From NCBI GenBank assembly GCA_963833985.1, contig CAWIAD010000002.1:160001-224000 (forward strand): 64,000 nucleotides of DNA. The letters run 5' to 3'. The notes under the pieces were generated by a model that saw only the letters and a program-made list of their open reading frames with translations, did not search any database and was not told the origin of the DNA. Source of the stretch: an uncultured Planctomycetaceae bacterium (GTDB lineage Bacteria; Planctomycetota; Planctomycetia; Isosphaerales; Isosphaeraceae). The position numbers and the translations under genes are program-made. Shown in pieces: positions 9,099-19,300 of the stretch. Each line of letters begins with the position of its first letter. The stretch's first letter is position 1.

Positions 9099-11024
9099 TC
9101 ACGCGAGGATCAGAGGCGAGCGCTTCTCGGCCGCCTCGTCCATGAACGACTGGGTCCGGGCCACCAGGTCCTCGGGGTCGGGCATGACGCCCTCGAGGAT
9201 CATGGCGTTGGACCAGAGCTGGAGGCCGCACTGCTTGATGAACGCGTCGTGCTGCGCATTGCCGCTCAGGCGGCAGAGCCGGCGAATGAAGGGCGACTGC
9301 GGGTTGATCTCCAGGATCCGGGCCTGCTCGGGGAAGTCCTTGTTCGCCAGCTTCATGAGGCGCTGCATCTGCGTGCTGAATCCGCCCTCGGCGTTCACCA
9401 GGCAGCACGGGCTGTCGGTGAGCCGGTTCGATTCGCGGACCTCGCGCACCCGGTTGCCGATGGCCTCACGAAAGAGATCCAGCACCCGCGAGAAGCCGCT
9501 CTCCGCGCCTTTCGACTCGGAAGGTTCCTCGGTGACGACCGACTTCACGTCCTTCGCCGATCCAGGCAGCTCAAGGTCGTCGGAGTCGATCGAGGTCAGC
9601 GTCTTGCCGTTGTAGGAGTGCAGGGCGTTCATCACGAACTCATCGATCGGCTCGGTGAGGTAAATGACCTCGAGCCCCCGCCGCCGGAAGATCTCCAGGT
9701 TGGGGCTCTTCTTCATCGAGGCCAGGTCCGGACCGCCCAGGTAATAGATGCGCTTCTGGTCCTCGGGCATGCGGCCGATGTAGTCGTCGAGCGAGACCCT
9801 GGCCTCGGCATCCTCGGACAAGGACGAGGGGAACCGCAAGAGTCTGGCGATCCGCTCGCGGTTGCTGCCGTCTGTGATGGCGCCTTCCTTCAGAAGCTGC
9901 CCGAACTGCGTGGAGAACGTCTTGAAGTCATCGGGCTGCTCGGTGGCAAGCTTGTCCAGCCGGTCCAGCACACCCTTGATCAGCGAGGTGCGGATGCGGC
10001 GGATGACCGTGTTGTCCTGGAGTGTCTCGCGTGAGACGTTCAGCGGCAGGTCCTCGGAATCCACCAGTCCGCGGAGGAACCGCAGGTAATCGGGCAGCAG
10101 CTCGCGGCAATCGCTCTGCACCAGAATGCGCCGGGCACACAGGCTGACGCCGTGCTCCAGCCGGCCGAAGCCATAACGCTCCAGGTTCGTGGGCGGGCAG
10201 AAGAGAACCGCGTGGAACTGGATGGGCGAATCGACCGACAGATGCAGATGCCAGAGCGGCTTCTCTTCGCCATGATGCGTGAGATGCTGGTAAAACTGGG
10301 TATACTGCTCGTCGGTCACCTGGTTTCTGGGCTCGACCCAGATGGCTTTCTGATCGTTCAGGACCTCGCCGGAAGACAGCTTGATCGGGTGTGGGACGAA
10401 GCTGGAATAACGCCTGATGATCTCCTTGATGCGTCCCTGAGTGGCAAGGTCCTTGCAATCCTCTTTCAGGTGCAGGACGATCTCGGTACCGCGGGGCAGG
10501 GGGCCGTCCGCCGGCGCGACCGTGAAGCTGCCCGTGCCGTCGGACTCCCAGACCCAGCCGGTCTCCTCGCGATAGCTGCGGCTCCGCACCTGGACCCGAT
10601 CGGCCACCATGAACGCTGAGTAAAAGCCGACCCCGAACTGTCCGATGAGCGACAGGTCGGCCTGCTTCCGGGCGTCGCCCGCGAGGGTCTTGAGGAACTC
10701 GCCCGAGCCGCTATGAGCGATGGTGCCGAGGTTGGTCACCAGCTCGTCGTGAGTCATGCCGATGCCGGAATCACGGATCCGCAGCTCCCGCTCGGACTCG
10801 CGCGGCTCGATCACAATCTCGAGCGCTCCGGGCTCGCGATACGCCTCCTCGGTGAGTGCGACATAACGCATCTTGTCGAGCGCATCGGACGCATTCGAGA
10901 CGAGCTCGCGGATGGCGATCTCGCGGCTCTGGTAGAGCGAGTGCGAGAGCAGGTGAAGCAGTTGCTTGATCTCTGCCTGGAAGGTGAACTTCTGAGATTC
11001 TGCGGCGGTGGTCGTCATGCTCAT
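9099..11024 (-). CDS. htpG: Molecular chaperone HtpG (Hsp90)
   Basis: Motifs FQAEIKQLL..SLY..RELVSNASDALDK, NLGTIAHSG, IGQFGVGFYS, LPLNVSRE, ILEINP. Confidence 0.97.
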   Translation of the reverse strand: MSMTTTAAESQKFTFQAEIKQLLHLLSHSLYQSREIAIRELVSNASDALDKMRYVALTEEAYREPGALEIVIEPRESERELRIRDSGIGMTHDELVTNLGTIAHSGSGEFLKTLAGDARKQADLSLIGQFGVGFYSAFMVADRVQVRSRSYREETGWVWESDGTGSFTVAPADGPLPRGTEIVLHLKEDCKDLATQGRIKEIIRRYSSFVPHPIKLSSGEVLNDQKAIWVEPRNQVTDEQYTQFYQHLTHHGEEKPLWHLHLSVDSPIQFHAVLFCPPTNLERYGFGRLEHGVSLCARRILVQSDCRELLPDYLRFLRGLVDSEDLPLNVSRETLQDNTVIRRIRTSLIKGVLDRLDKLATEQPDDFKTFSTQFGQLLKEGAITDGSNRERIARLLRFPSSLSEDAEARVSLDDYIGRMPEDQKRIYYLGGPDLASMKKSPNLEIFRRRGLEVIYLTEPIDEFVMNALHSYNGKTLTSIDSDDLELPGSAKDVKSVVTEEPSESKGAESGFSRVLDLFREAIGNRVREVRESNRLTDSPCCLVNAEGGFSTQMQRLMKLANKDFPEQARILEINPQSPFIRRLCRLSGNAQHDAFIKQCGLQLWSNAMILEGVMPDPEDLVARTQSFMDEAAEKRSPLILA

Positions 11025-11104
11025 CGTGACTCTGAGGGTTGCCGGTACGAGCACCGATCTTGAGGTGGCTCATTTCCAAATACTACGGTGATGCGACCAG
11101 CAAG

Positions 11105-11229
11105 TGCAAGCCTTGTACCAACCTGAAGACGAATCACAACGCATTGAGCTCAAGCAGGTTGCGGCATTATCGGACGACTTTTTGGGCTTCTCGAGGTGTC
11201 GGAATTGGCACCGGCCTGACAAATTGGCA
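11105..11229 (-). promoter_or_regulatory. sigma54 (-24/-12) promoter of htpG with upstream activator-like repeats
   Basis: Minus strand TTGGTACAAGGCTTGCA (11121-11105) matches TGGYAC-N5-TTGCA. Repeats TGCCAATTTGTCA (11229-11217) and TGCCAATTCCGACA (11210-11197) lie further upstream. Confidence 0.7.
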
Positions 11230-11562
11230 CAGTGGTTGGCGATCCAGGCCGCGTAGTAGACTCTGGCTTTCAGCTTGCGATGCGAGCCAATCGCGAGCAC
11301 GGGATCGGTTCAGGAAGGCGATGATGCCCAAGACATTTGATGCCGCCACCAAGGAGCTGCTCGAGAGCGATCCACGCGCCTGGCTCCAGTGGCTGCTGGG
11401 TCGTGAGCTTGCTGACGTCCGGACGCTGAACGTGGATCTCTCGACGGTGACCACCGAGGCGGATTCCGTGCTGCTGGTCCAGGACTCCGAGCCCTGGGTG
11501 GTTCATCTCGAGTTTCAATCCGGATACGATCCCGAAATACCCAGACGGCTCTTGCGCTATAA

Positions 11563-13807
11563 CCTACTTTCCGCACATCTCGCCTTGACTATCTCGTAAT
11601 TTCCGTGTGCCCTCTTTCGGCCAGTCAGGCTCAAATCTCGTAGGCTTTGGGTATCCCCAGCAGGCGCAGGATCCTCTTCTGGAGCCGAGTTAACTCTGTG
11701 CTGAACACCTCAAGAGGGCGTTTCCCAGCCTTCAGGGAATGCTCTTGAACGTCCTCGTACAGGTCGATCACTTTTCGAGCCGTCGGGCGTCGGCAGGCCC
11801 GACCTTCGGAATACAGTGGCAGGCTCTCGATTCCCGCTCGTTCCATCGCGCGGCGGAGTTCTCGCTCCAACAGCGCCTCGACCAGCAACACGAAGAAGTA
11901 CACGCAGAGCAAGGCCTGAATCCGACTTACCTCCTTCAGGTACATAGGCGCTACCACGAAGTCAGTCTTCAGGTGCTCGAACCGTCGTTCGATGGCCGGT
12001 TGCTGTTTGTAGGCCAAGAGCAGATCCTGCTCCGTCATCTTCGATTCGTTGCTCACCAGCGGGAAAATGCCATCACAGCGGGCCTCCTCATCCAGTCGCT
12101 CCAACTCAATCCGATGCTTCAACGAGTAACGGAGCTTCTCCTCTCGGACGTACCGCGTGTCCTGTCCAGGCCGGCCGCGTCGCTCCTGGCGGAACTTTTC
12201 GGTGACCTGCTCCTCGATCTCGACCGAGATCCACTCGGTGACCTCACAGTCTCGGAGCAGCTCCTCGACCGCCTCGGCGACCTTGGCTCGACTGCGGTAC
12301 CGGGTTCGGGACGAGGCGAGCTTGGCACGCAGTTCGTCCAGTCGTTTCAACGCCTTCTCCAGCCGGGTCAGCCGTACCTCCGCATCCAACTCGGCCTTGC
12401 GTGTGCTGTGATACCAGATCAGCCGGTAACCCTCGGTGGTCTGGCTCGCAGGTTTGCAGATCGAGAAGCGGTCGGTCAACTGTCCCTTGTCGTCGTACTT
12501 GTCGTGGGTCCATCGCCACTGGATCTCTCCCCGGAGTACGGCGCCGCGGAAGGCACCGTCCTCACTGCGAGTTCGCGGCAGCACGCTGAGGAACCGACCG
12601 CCGCGCTGATGCAGATAGGCCATGTTCTCGGTGGTGGCCAGCTTGCAGTCGGCGATGTAGAGAAAGTCTCGGCGTCCGGTCAGTTGACAGAGCAACTCCC
12701 AGGTCTCCTGGTGAGAGCGGTCGTCGGTGGCGTTGCCGCTCTCGACGCGAAAGTGCACCGGGACGGCACCGTCGCCGGTCACGGTGAGGATGTAGAGTAG
12801 CTGCTTGAGGTCGGGGCGGTGGTCTTTGTTATGACCCCAGGTCACCGCCAACCGCAATTGTCCCCGCAGGGTTCGCTCCGCCTCCGCCGACTCGTAGTCA
12901 CCGTGGAAAGTGATGGTGGTCGAGTCGTTGTGTAACTGGTCGAGGCTGACGTCGAATTCGCGTACGGCATGGGCCGCGACCTTCAGGGCCAACCCCGAGA
13001 GATTGGCGTCGAAGAGACGGTCGAGGGCCCGGCCAACTCGATCGTCGTTCATTGCGGCGACTTGGACATCGGACAACCCGAACAGTTTCGGCTCATGGCG
13101 GGCCACCCACTCACCGACACCATAGAGTGGCTCACGCGAGATCAGCAGGTTGCGCAGCAGGACGAGCAAGGCCGTGGCCGTGGGGACCCGAGTGCGGCCG
13201 TCCTCATGGGGCAGGTGGTCGCAGAGAAACTCGCGAAGGCGGAGCCGACTCAGGAAGTGTTCCAGGATGGGCACGGCGGCAATCCGCCGCGTGTTGAGCG
13301 TGCGCGTGCGTCCCTTCGAGCGGGCCGTCTCGCCGGGTTGGCGCGGTCGTTGAGGTTCGTTCATGCGGATCATCTCCGGAGGGTTTGCAGCGAGTTGGCC
13401 GGTGTCCGCCGCCGGGCCTTCCAGGGCCGTGAGGGGGAGTAGGCCGACCGCCGCAGGGCTTGCCGCAATGATGGCGGAGGAGATCGGGACGTCAAGGACA
13501 AAAAATCTTGTGATTCACTTATGACAATTTGCCTTGACGTAAGTTGTGAGCCGCTCAACTTACGCTCATAGCCCGTGTCACAAGTCGTCGCGGCGAGAAT
13601 CGCGGCGCGCGGCTGGACATTGCCAAGTCATAAGACAAGGCGAAGAATGGCTCGAGTTCAGGAACGGTCCGGTTGGCGAACCATCTGAACCGAACAAGGT
13701 CCCCGTGCCGATCGACTTGTAGATGTTTACCGACCCTGGGGCCGCGTCTGAGAAGATGGCCTCAGGTCGAATTCGGGGAAATCAAAGGGAGATGTGCGGA
13801 AAGTAGG
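11563..13807 (-). mobile_element. Complete IS1634-family insertion sequence (2245 bp)
   Basis: Perfect 19-bp terminal inverted repeats CCTACTTTCCGCACATCTC (11563-11581 / 13789-13807) and a 6-bp target duplication CTATAA (11557-11562, 13808-13813). Confidence 0.95.
11631..13373 (-). CDS. IS1634 family DDE transposase
   Basis: Motifs LHNDSTT, WGHNKDHRPDLKQ, GNATD, YIADCKL, YKQQPAIERRFEHLK. 580 aa. Confidence 0.93.
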   Translation of the reverse strand: MIRMNEPQRPRQPGETARSKGRTRTLNTRRIAAVPILEHFLSRLRLREFLCDHLPHEDGRTRVPTATALLVLLRNLLISREPLYGVGEWVARHEPKLFGLSDVQVAAMNDDRVGRALDRLFDANLSGLALKVAAHAVREFDVSLDQLHNDSTTITFHGDYESAEAERTLRGQLRLAVTWGHNKDHRPDLKQLLYILTVTGDGAVPVHFRVESGNATDDRSHQETWELLCQLTGRRDFLYIADCKLATTENMAYLHQRGGRFLSVLPRTRSEDGAFRGAVLRGEIQWRWTHDKYDDKGQLTDRFSICKPASQTTEGYRLIWYHSTRKAELDAEVRLTRLEKALKRLDELRAKLASSRTRYRSRAKVAEAVEELLRDCEVTEWISVEIEEQVTEKFRQERRGRPGQDTRYVREEKLRYSLKHRIELERLDEEARCDGIFPLVSNESKMTEQDLLLAYKQQPAIERRFEHLKTDFVVAPMYLKEVSRIQALLCVYFFVLLVEALLERELRRAMERAGIESLPLYSEGRACRRPTARKVIDLYEDVQEHSLKAGKRPLEVFSTELTRLQKRILRLLGIPKAYEI

Positions 13808-14201
13808 CTATAACATCCTCGTGAATTATCGTCACCGTTTCCCGGTCCAGAGCATCGCGCTGCTGCTCTGCCCGGATGCCGATGGCCCGGCGATCAGCGG
13901 GTCCTTTCAGCAGCAGCTTCCTGACGGCTTCGTTTACCACGAGTTTCGTTATAATGTGGTGAAAGTCTGGGAGCGCTCGGCCCAGGAGATCCTGGCTGGT
14001 GGCCTGGCAACCTTGCCGCTGGCTCCCCTTGGAGCTGTGAACGAGAGCGAGCTACCCGCCGTCATCCGGGCCATGCAGCAAAGGCTGGAACACGAAGCGA
14101 CCGCGGGTCAGGCACTGACGCTCTGGACGGCCACCTATCTACTCATGGGTCTGACCTACCCGGACCAGTTGATTGATCGCTTGCTCGCAGGAGTCGGCAG
14201 T

Positions 14202-14441
14202 ATGAAAGAGTCAGTGACCTACCAGAAGATTCTCCGCGAGGGACGCGTCGAGGGACGTGTCGAGGGACGCGTCGAGCAAGCAAGGAAAACCCTGCTGCAC
14301 CTGGGACGCAAGCGGTTCGGCAGCCCTGAGCCGCTCGTTGAAGCCGCCATCGAAGCCATCGCCGATCCGGACGAACTGGAGCGGCTCTCGGTCCGCGTTC
14401 TCGATGTCGCGACCTGGGATGAGCTGCTTGCTCTGCCCTGA
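14202..14441 (+). CDS. Putative internally initiated small C-terminal protein (RpnS-like) of copy 1
   Basis: AGGAG (14189-14193) sits 8 nt before the in-frame ATG of MKESVTYQKILREG. Confidence 0.55.
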   Translation: MKESVTYQKILREGRVEGRVEGRVEQARKTLLHLGRKRFGSPEPLVEAAIEAIADPDELERLSVRVLDVATWDELLALP

Positions 14442-14477
14442 TGTACGGACGGGGCGGCCATGCGCATCCAGCCGCGC

Positions 14478-14526
14478 TCAGTACCCGCTGTGCATGCGGC
14501 TTCCCGGAAGCTGGGCAGCAATGATG
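14478..14526 (-). repeat. Duplicated 3' end of miaE (49 bp, 3 mismatches)
   Basis: Encodes IIAAQLPGSRMHSGY*, versus IIAAQPPGSRMHSGF* at 15509-15557. Confidence 0.85.
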
Positions 14527-14590
14527 CCGAACTCGGCTTTCAGCTTGCGATGCGGGCCAATCGCGAGCACGGGATCGGTTCAGGAAGGCG

Positions 14591-15472
14591 ATGATGCCCA
14601 AGACATTTGATGCCGCCACCAAGGAGCTGCTCGAGAGCGATCCACGCGCCTGGCTCCAGTGGCTGCTGGGTCGTGAGCTTGCTGACGTCCGGACGCTGAA
14701 CGTGGATCTCTCGACGGTGACCACCGAGGCGGATTCCGTGCTGCTGGTCCAGGACTCCGAGCCCTGGGTGGTTCATCTCGAGTTTCAATCCGGATACGAT
14801 CCCGAAATACCCAGACGGCTCTTGCGCTACAACATCCTCGTGAATTATCGTCACCGTTTCCCGGTCCAGAGCATCGCGCTGCTGCTCTGCCCGGATGCCG
14901 ATGGCCCGGCGATCAGCGGGTCCTTTCAGCAGCAGCTTCCTGACGGCTTCGTTTACCACGAGTTTCGTTATAATGTGGTGAAAGTCTGGGAGCGCTCGGC
15001 CCAGGAGATCCTGGCTGGTGGCCTGGCAACCTTGCCGCTGGCTCCCCTTGGAGCTGTGAACGAGAGCGAACTGCCCGCCGTCATCCGGGCCATGCAGCAA
15101 AGGCTGGAACACGAAGCGACCGCGGGTCAGGCACTGACGCTCTGGACGGCCACCTATCTACTCATGGGTCTGACCTACCCGGACCAGTTGATTGATCGCT
15201 TGCTCGCAGGAGTCGGCAGCATGAAAGAGTCAGTGACCTACCAGAAGATTCTCCGCGAGGGACGTGTCGAGGGACGTGTCGAAGGACGTGTCGAGGGTCG
15301 CGTCGAGCAAGCAAGGAAAACCCTGCTGCACCTGGGACGCAAGCGGTTCGGCAGCCCTGAGCCGCTCGTTGAAGCCGCCATCGAAGCCATCACCGATCCG
15401 GACGAACTGGAGCGGCTCTCGATCCGCGTTCTCGATGTTGCGACCTGGGATGAGCTGCTTGCTCTGCCCTGA
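14591..15472 (+). CDS. Rpn-family nuclease/putative transposase copy 2 (intact)
   Basis: Motifs FDAATKELL, EADSV..VVHLEFQ, MKESVTYQKILREG(RVEG)n, RKRFG..W.ELL. RBS AGGAAGG. Confidence 0.85.
   Translation: MMPKTFDAATKELLESDPRAWLQWLLGRELADVRTLNVDLSTVTTEADSVLLVQDSEPWVVHLEFQSGYDPEIPRRLLRYNILVNYRHRFPVQSIALLLCPDADGPAISGSFQQQLPDGFVYHEFRYNVVKVWERSAQEILAGGLATLPLAPLGAVNESELPAVIRAMQQRLEHEATAGQALTLWTATYLLMGLTYPDQLIDRLLAGVGSMKESVTYQKILREGRVEGRVEGRVEGRVEQARKTLLHLGRKRFGSPEPLVEAAIEAITDPDELERLSIRVLDVATWDELLALP
15221..15472 (+). CDS. Putative internally initiated small C-terminal protein (RpnS-like) of copy 2
   Basis: AGGAG (15208-15212) sits 8 nt before the in-frame ATG at 15221. Confidence 0.55.
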   Translation: MKESVTYQKILREGRVEGRVEGRVEGRVEQARKTLLHLGRKRFGSPEPLVEAAIEAITDPDELERLSIRVLDVATWDELLALP

Positions 15473-15508
15473 TGCAAGGACGGGGCGGCAACGCGCATCC
15501 GGCCGCTC

Positions 15509-16144
15509 TCAGAACCCGCTGTGCATGCGGCTTCCCGGAGGCTGGGCAGCGATGATGAGAGCCTCGGCCTCCAGCAGCTCGCGCCAGCGGCTGGCGACTT
15601 CGCCCTCGGCGAGCACATGCTCTGACAGATGCACGAACACCCGGTAATGGCCCAGCTCCGAGCCGCTCAGGCGGCCGTAGAACCGGGCGAGCTCGCGGTC
15701 GGGGGCGCAGCGGGCGAGGATCTCGAACCGTTCGCACGAGCGGGCCTCGATGAGTGCCGAAATCAGCAGCCTGTCGACCAGCTCCTTGTTGCCTTCTCCC
15801 TTTCGCACCAGGCCGCGCAGGGCGTTCGCGTACGGGTTGCGGTGCGTACGTTCGAGCCGGCCTCCCCGGCGGTTCAGGATCCGGATCACGTCGCTGAGAT
15901 GGTCCGCCTCGTCCCTGGCGATGGCGGCCAGCGTGCTCACCCAGTCTGCTGGGCAATCCGGCTCGGGCCAGCGGTTGAGCAGCTCGAGCGCATTGGAAGC
16001 CGCTTTCTTTTCCAGGTAGGCGTGGTCATTCAAGAGCACCAGTACGTCCTGGCGCGCCGTTGTTGCCCAGGCATCGGGCGTGTGCCAGAGCAAGGGCAGC
16101 GGGCCGGCCTCGAGGCTCTGTACTGTCCGATCGGAATGCGCCAT
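15509..16144 (-). CDS. miaE: tRNA-(ms2io6A37) hydroxylase MiaE-like
   Basis: Di-iron motifs LNDHAYLEKKAA, EADH, DRLLISALIEARSCERF, SELGHY, and C-terminal RMHS. Confidence 0.88.
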   Translation of the reverse strand: MAHSDRTVQSLEAGPLPLLWHTPDAWATTARQDVLVLLNDHAYLEKKAASNALELLNRWPEPDCPADWVSTLAAIARDEADHLSDVIRILNRRGGRLERTHRNPYANALRGLVRKGEGNKELVDRLLISALIEARSCERFEILARCAPDRELARFYGRLSGSELGHYRVFVHLSEHVLAEGEVASRWRELLEAEALIIAAQPPGSRMHSGF

Positions 16145-16347
16145 GCGAGCGTAACCCCAAGAGGAAGGAAAGCCTCCGCGCGATTCATTCTGACTCCGAG
16201 CGGCCAATTTGCACAGGCTTCGGCTCGGTTGCGCCGTGTGGCCCATCACGCTCGCGACGCGCTCGACGATCGCTGATTTCACCCAGTACGTTGGCTTCGT
16301 TCCATCACGTCTTGCCTGAGGCACCGGCGCGGCGGTGAATCGCGGGT

Positions 16348-19300
16348 TCAACTGAGGGTCATCGCCATGATCCTCACGTTGTTATTGCTGGGCATGGTGA
16401 TGCTGCGGACGCTCTTGGTGCTGTCCAGCGTGAAGCTGTAGCCGTACAGGTCGTAGGTGCCCGTTTGGGTGGTGCCGTTGGCCAGGTTGAGGTACGGCGT
16501 GGACGCCACAACGGTCTCGCCGCTGAAGCCCGACGAGTGGAACCAGTCGCTCATCGATTGCTGGAACGTCTGCGTCGAGCCGTCGCTGTAGGTGACCGTG
16601 AAGTCGACCGTCTGGCTGCCGAAGACACCGCAGCCCAGGAACGTGAGCGTGTTGAACTGGCCAGGCGGCAGGTCGATGACCTGGCCGGGGCGCTGACGAC
16701 ATTCAGCCCATCGGTGGCTCCCGCGGCGCCTGAGTTCTGGTAAATGTAGCTCGGGAGCTTGAGCGCCAGGCTGACGCCGTTGAAGATCACATAGCGGGGG
16801 AGCGACTGCGCCGAGAATGCGTAACCGCTGCCGCCCAGGCCACCGCTGTAGGGCACCCCGTCCGTGACGATGCCGTTACGGTTGAAGTCGGCGCTCAGGT
16901 CCACCGGGATCCCCAGGGAGGGCGGGTTGGTCGTCTCCGGCGAGTAGGTGATGGTGTAGCCGAAGCCGGATGGGAACGTGGTCGAGGTCCCGGAAAGCGT
17001 GCCCGTCGTCTGGCCCGTGCCGGTCCCCGAGGCGAAGTAGGGGATGAGGTTCCGCGGCGAGTAGCCGCTGATGCCCTGGCCCCAGTTGAAGAAGGCGTCG
17101 GCCCAGGTGGCGTAGGCGGGTTGCTGGACGAAGGCGCTGGACGAGAAGGAGTAGGCGTAGGGCGCGGGCTGGGCCGCGTAATACCACCCCCCGTTGAGCG
17201 CCGCGTAGGGCTGGTTGGGGTTCACCGGAGCCAGGTCCGTGCCGACGGCGTCCGTCGGCCCGTTCAGGAGCGGTCCACGCGGCACGCCGAAGAGGTCTTG
17301 CAGCGTGCTCTCCGCGATCGGGTTGTTGTTCGTGTCGAGGAGCTGCCAGCCGGTGATGATCGAGCCCGATTGCTGAGAGGAAAACCCGGACGCGGACTGC
17401 TGCATGAGCGCCGGGGTGACCGAGAGGAAATAGCCGGGAGAGGTGACGTCCAGCGGTGCGGCGTCCGGATAATAGGGCAGGCTGATGAAGCCCAGGTAGT
17501 TGGGCGGGCTGGACGTGGACGGCGTGATGGTGCTCGTGGAATTGATCGGCCCCACGGCGACGTCGTTGCCCCCCTGGAGGTATTCCATGTTGCCCAGCGC
17601 GACCGCGGTGTCCTGGCTGCTGGTCCCCGGCTGGAAGCCCACGAAGTTGCCCACGGCCGAGCCGGAGATGAAGCTCAGGTCGTCGCTCCCCTCGTTGGCG
17701 ACGACGATCTCGCTCATGCCGTTGTTCAGGAAGTTGCCGTCGACGATCCCCCGTGCCCCGACGGCTCCCAGGTCCCCGTTCAGGAGGTAGGAAACCGGCG
17801 CGAAGAACGACCCGGAACCGTCGCCCCGGTTGTACAGCAGCGCGACGCCGCTGTCCGTGCTCTGGCTGTCGTTGGTAACGAAGCTCACCGCCAGGTCGGG
17901 GAAGCCACCGCCATACGGCTCGACGAGCGTGATCTCCTCGGGATTGTCGTTCGAGTCCAGGTCGATATTGTTCACCTGGAAGTTTCCCTTGCCGTCGCCC
18001 AGCAGGATGCTGACCTTCGAGCTGGCGTGGTCGGCGACGGCGATGTCGAGGTTGCCGTCGCCGTTGAAGTCGCCGACGACCAGTCCGTGCGGGTTACCGC
18101 TGCTCGCGTGCAGGGCGATCGTGTACGCCAGCGCGAACTGGCCGTTGCTGCCGAGCTTGAGAATGCCGACCGCGTCGCTCCACTGGTACGAGACGGCCAG
18201 CTCGACCGTGCCGCTGTGGTCGAAGTCGCCGGTCGCGATGCCCCAGGGCCGTAACAGGCCGGTGTTGAGGTTCTGCACCAGCGAGAAGTTCCCCTGGCCG
18301 TCCCCCTTGAGGATGCTCACCAGGTTTGTACCGGGGCTGGTGACGGCCAGGTCCTCGATTCCGTTACTGAAGAAGTCGTCCACGGCGATCTGCTGCGGCG
18401 GGCTGTTCCCCGCCACCCCCAGGTTGATCGCGGGTTTGGGCGTGAACTGACCGTTGCCGTTGTTGATCAGGGCCACGACGTGGCTGTTCGTGGTGACCGC
18501 CAGGTCGTCGATGCCGGTCCCGTTGACAAACTTGCCGACCGCGATGCCTTCCGGATAGTCCGGCCCCCCCAGGCTGGCCGGCGGCCATGTCGACGTGAAG
18601 GTGCCGGCGCCGTTCCCCCTCAGGATGCTGACATCCGAGGTGTCGTAGTTGGCGACCGCCAGATCCAGGTTGGTGTCCCCCTGGAAGAAATGCCCCGTGA
18701 TAACGTCGTACGCCCCGTCCGGCCCGTTCTGGTTCTGGGGGCCGTTGAGACTGACCGACGTGTTCGAGAGCAAGGTCGTCTGGCCGTTGGCCGCGGGCAG
18801 AGTGGACAGCGACGGCGCCTCGCTCCAGTGGAAGACCGCGGGGATCATCGTGCTCCATGACAGCCGCGAGATCAGGTCGGTGGCAGCGTCGTTCGGCGAG
18901 ACGCTCATCGTCGGGTCTGGGTTGCCCGGAGTCGACGACGGAGGAGACAGCTGGCTTCCGCTGATCGCCTGGAGGGCCTCGAGCAGGCCGAAGTTGCTCA
19001 GGTAGGTATCCACGAACGTCGTGTTGCTCAGGGACTGCTGGATGTTCTGCCATTGCGAGGAGACGCTCTTCGTGACGTTGGTGGCGATATCCGACAGCAC
19101 GCTGGCGTTCAGGATGTTGTTCGTGATCGGCGTCACGGGGACCGTCAGATTCTGGTAACCCGGGACGCTGGCCTGATCGATGAAGTCGCTGGCGAGCGTG
19201 GCCCCGGCCCCCACCACCAGCCCGCCAAACGCCGCGCCGACAGGCCCCGAGATGCCCACGAGCGCCTCCAGAAACGCGCCGAGGCCCTCCACCGCTGCCT

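Larger units (their letters stand above)
11321..14441 (+). pseudogene. Rpn-family (PD-(D/E)XK) nuclease/putative transposase copy 1, interrupted by IS1634
   Basis: 11321-11562 plus 13808-14441 reconstitute a near-identical copy of the gene at 14591-15472. Confidence 0.92.

Noticed and set aside
11060..11260. CIRCE/HrcA operator upstream of htpG
   Set aside because: The TTGGCAC copies are direct repeats, not the TTAGCACTC-N9-GAGTGCTAA inverted repeat.
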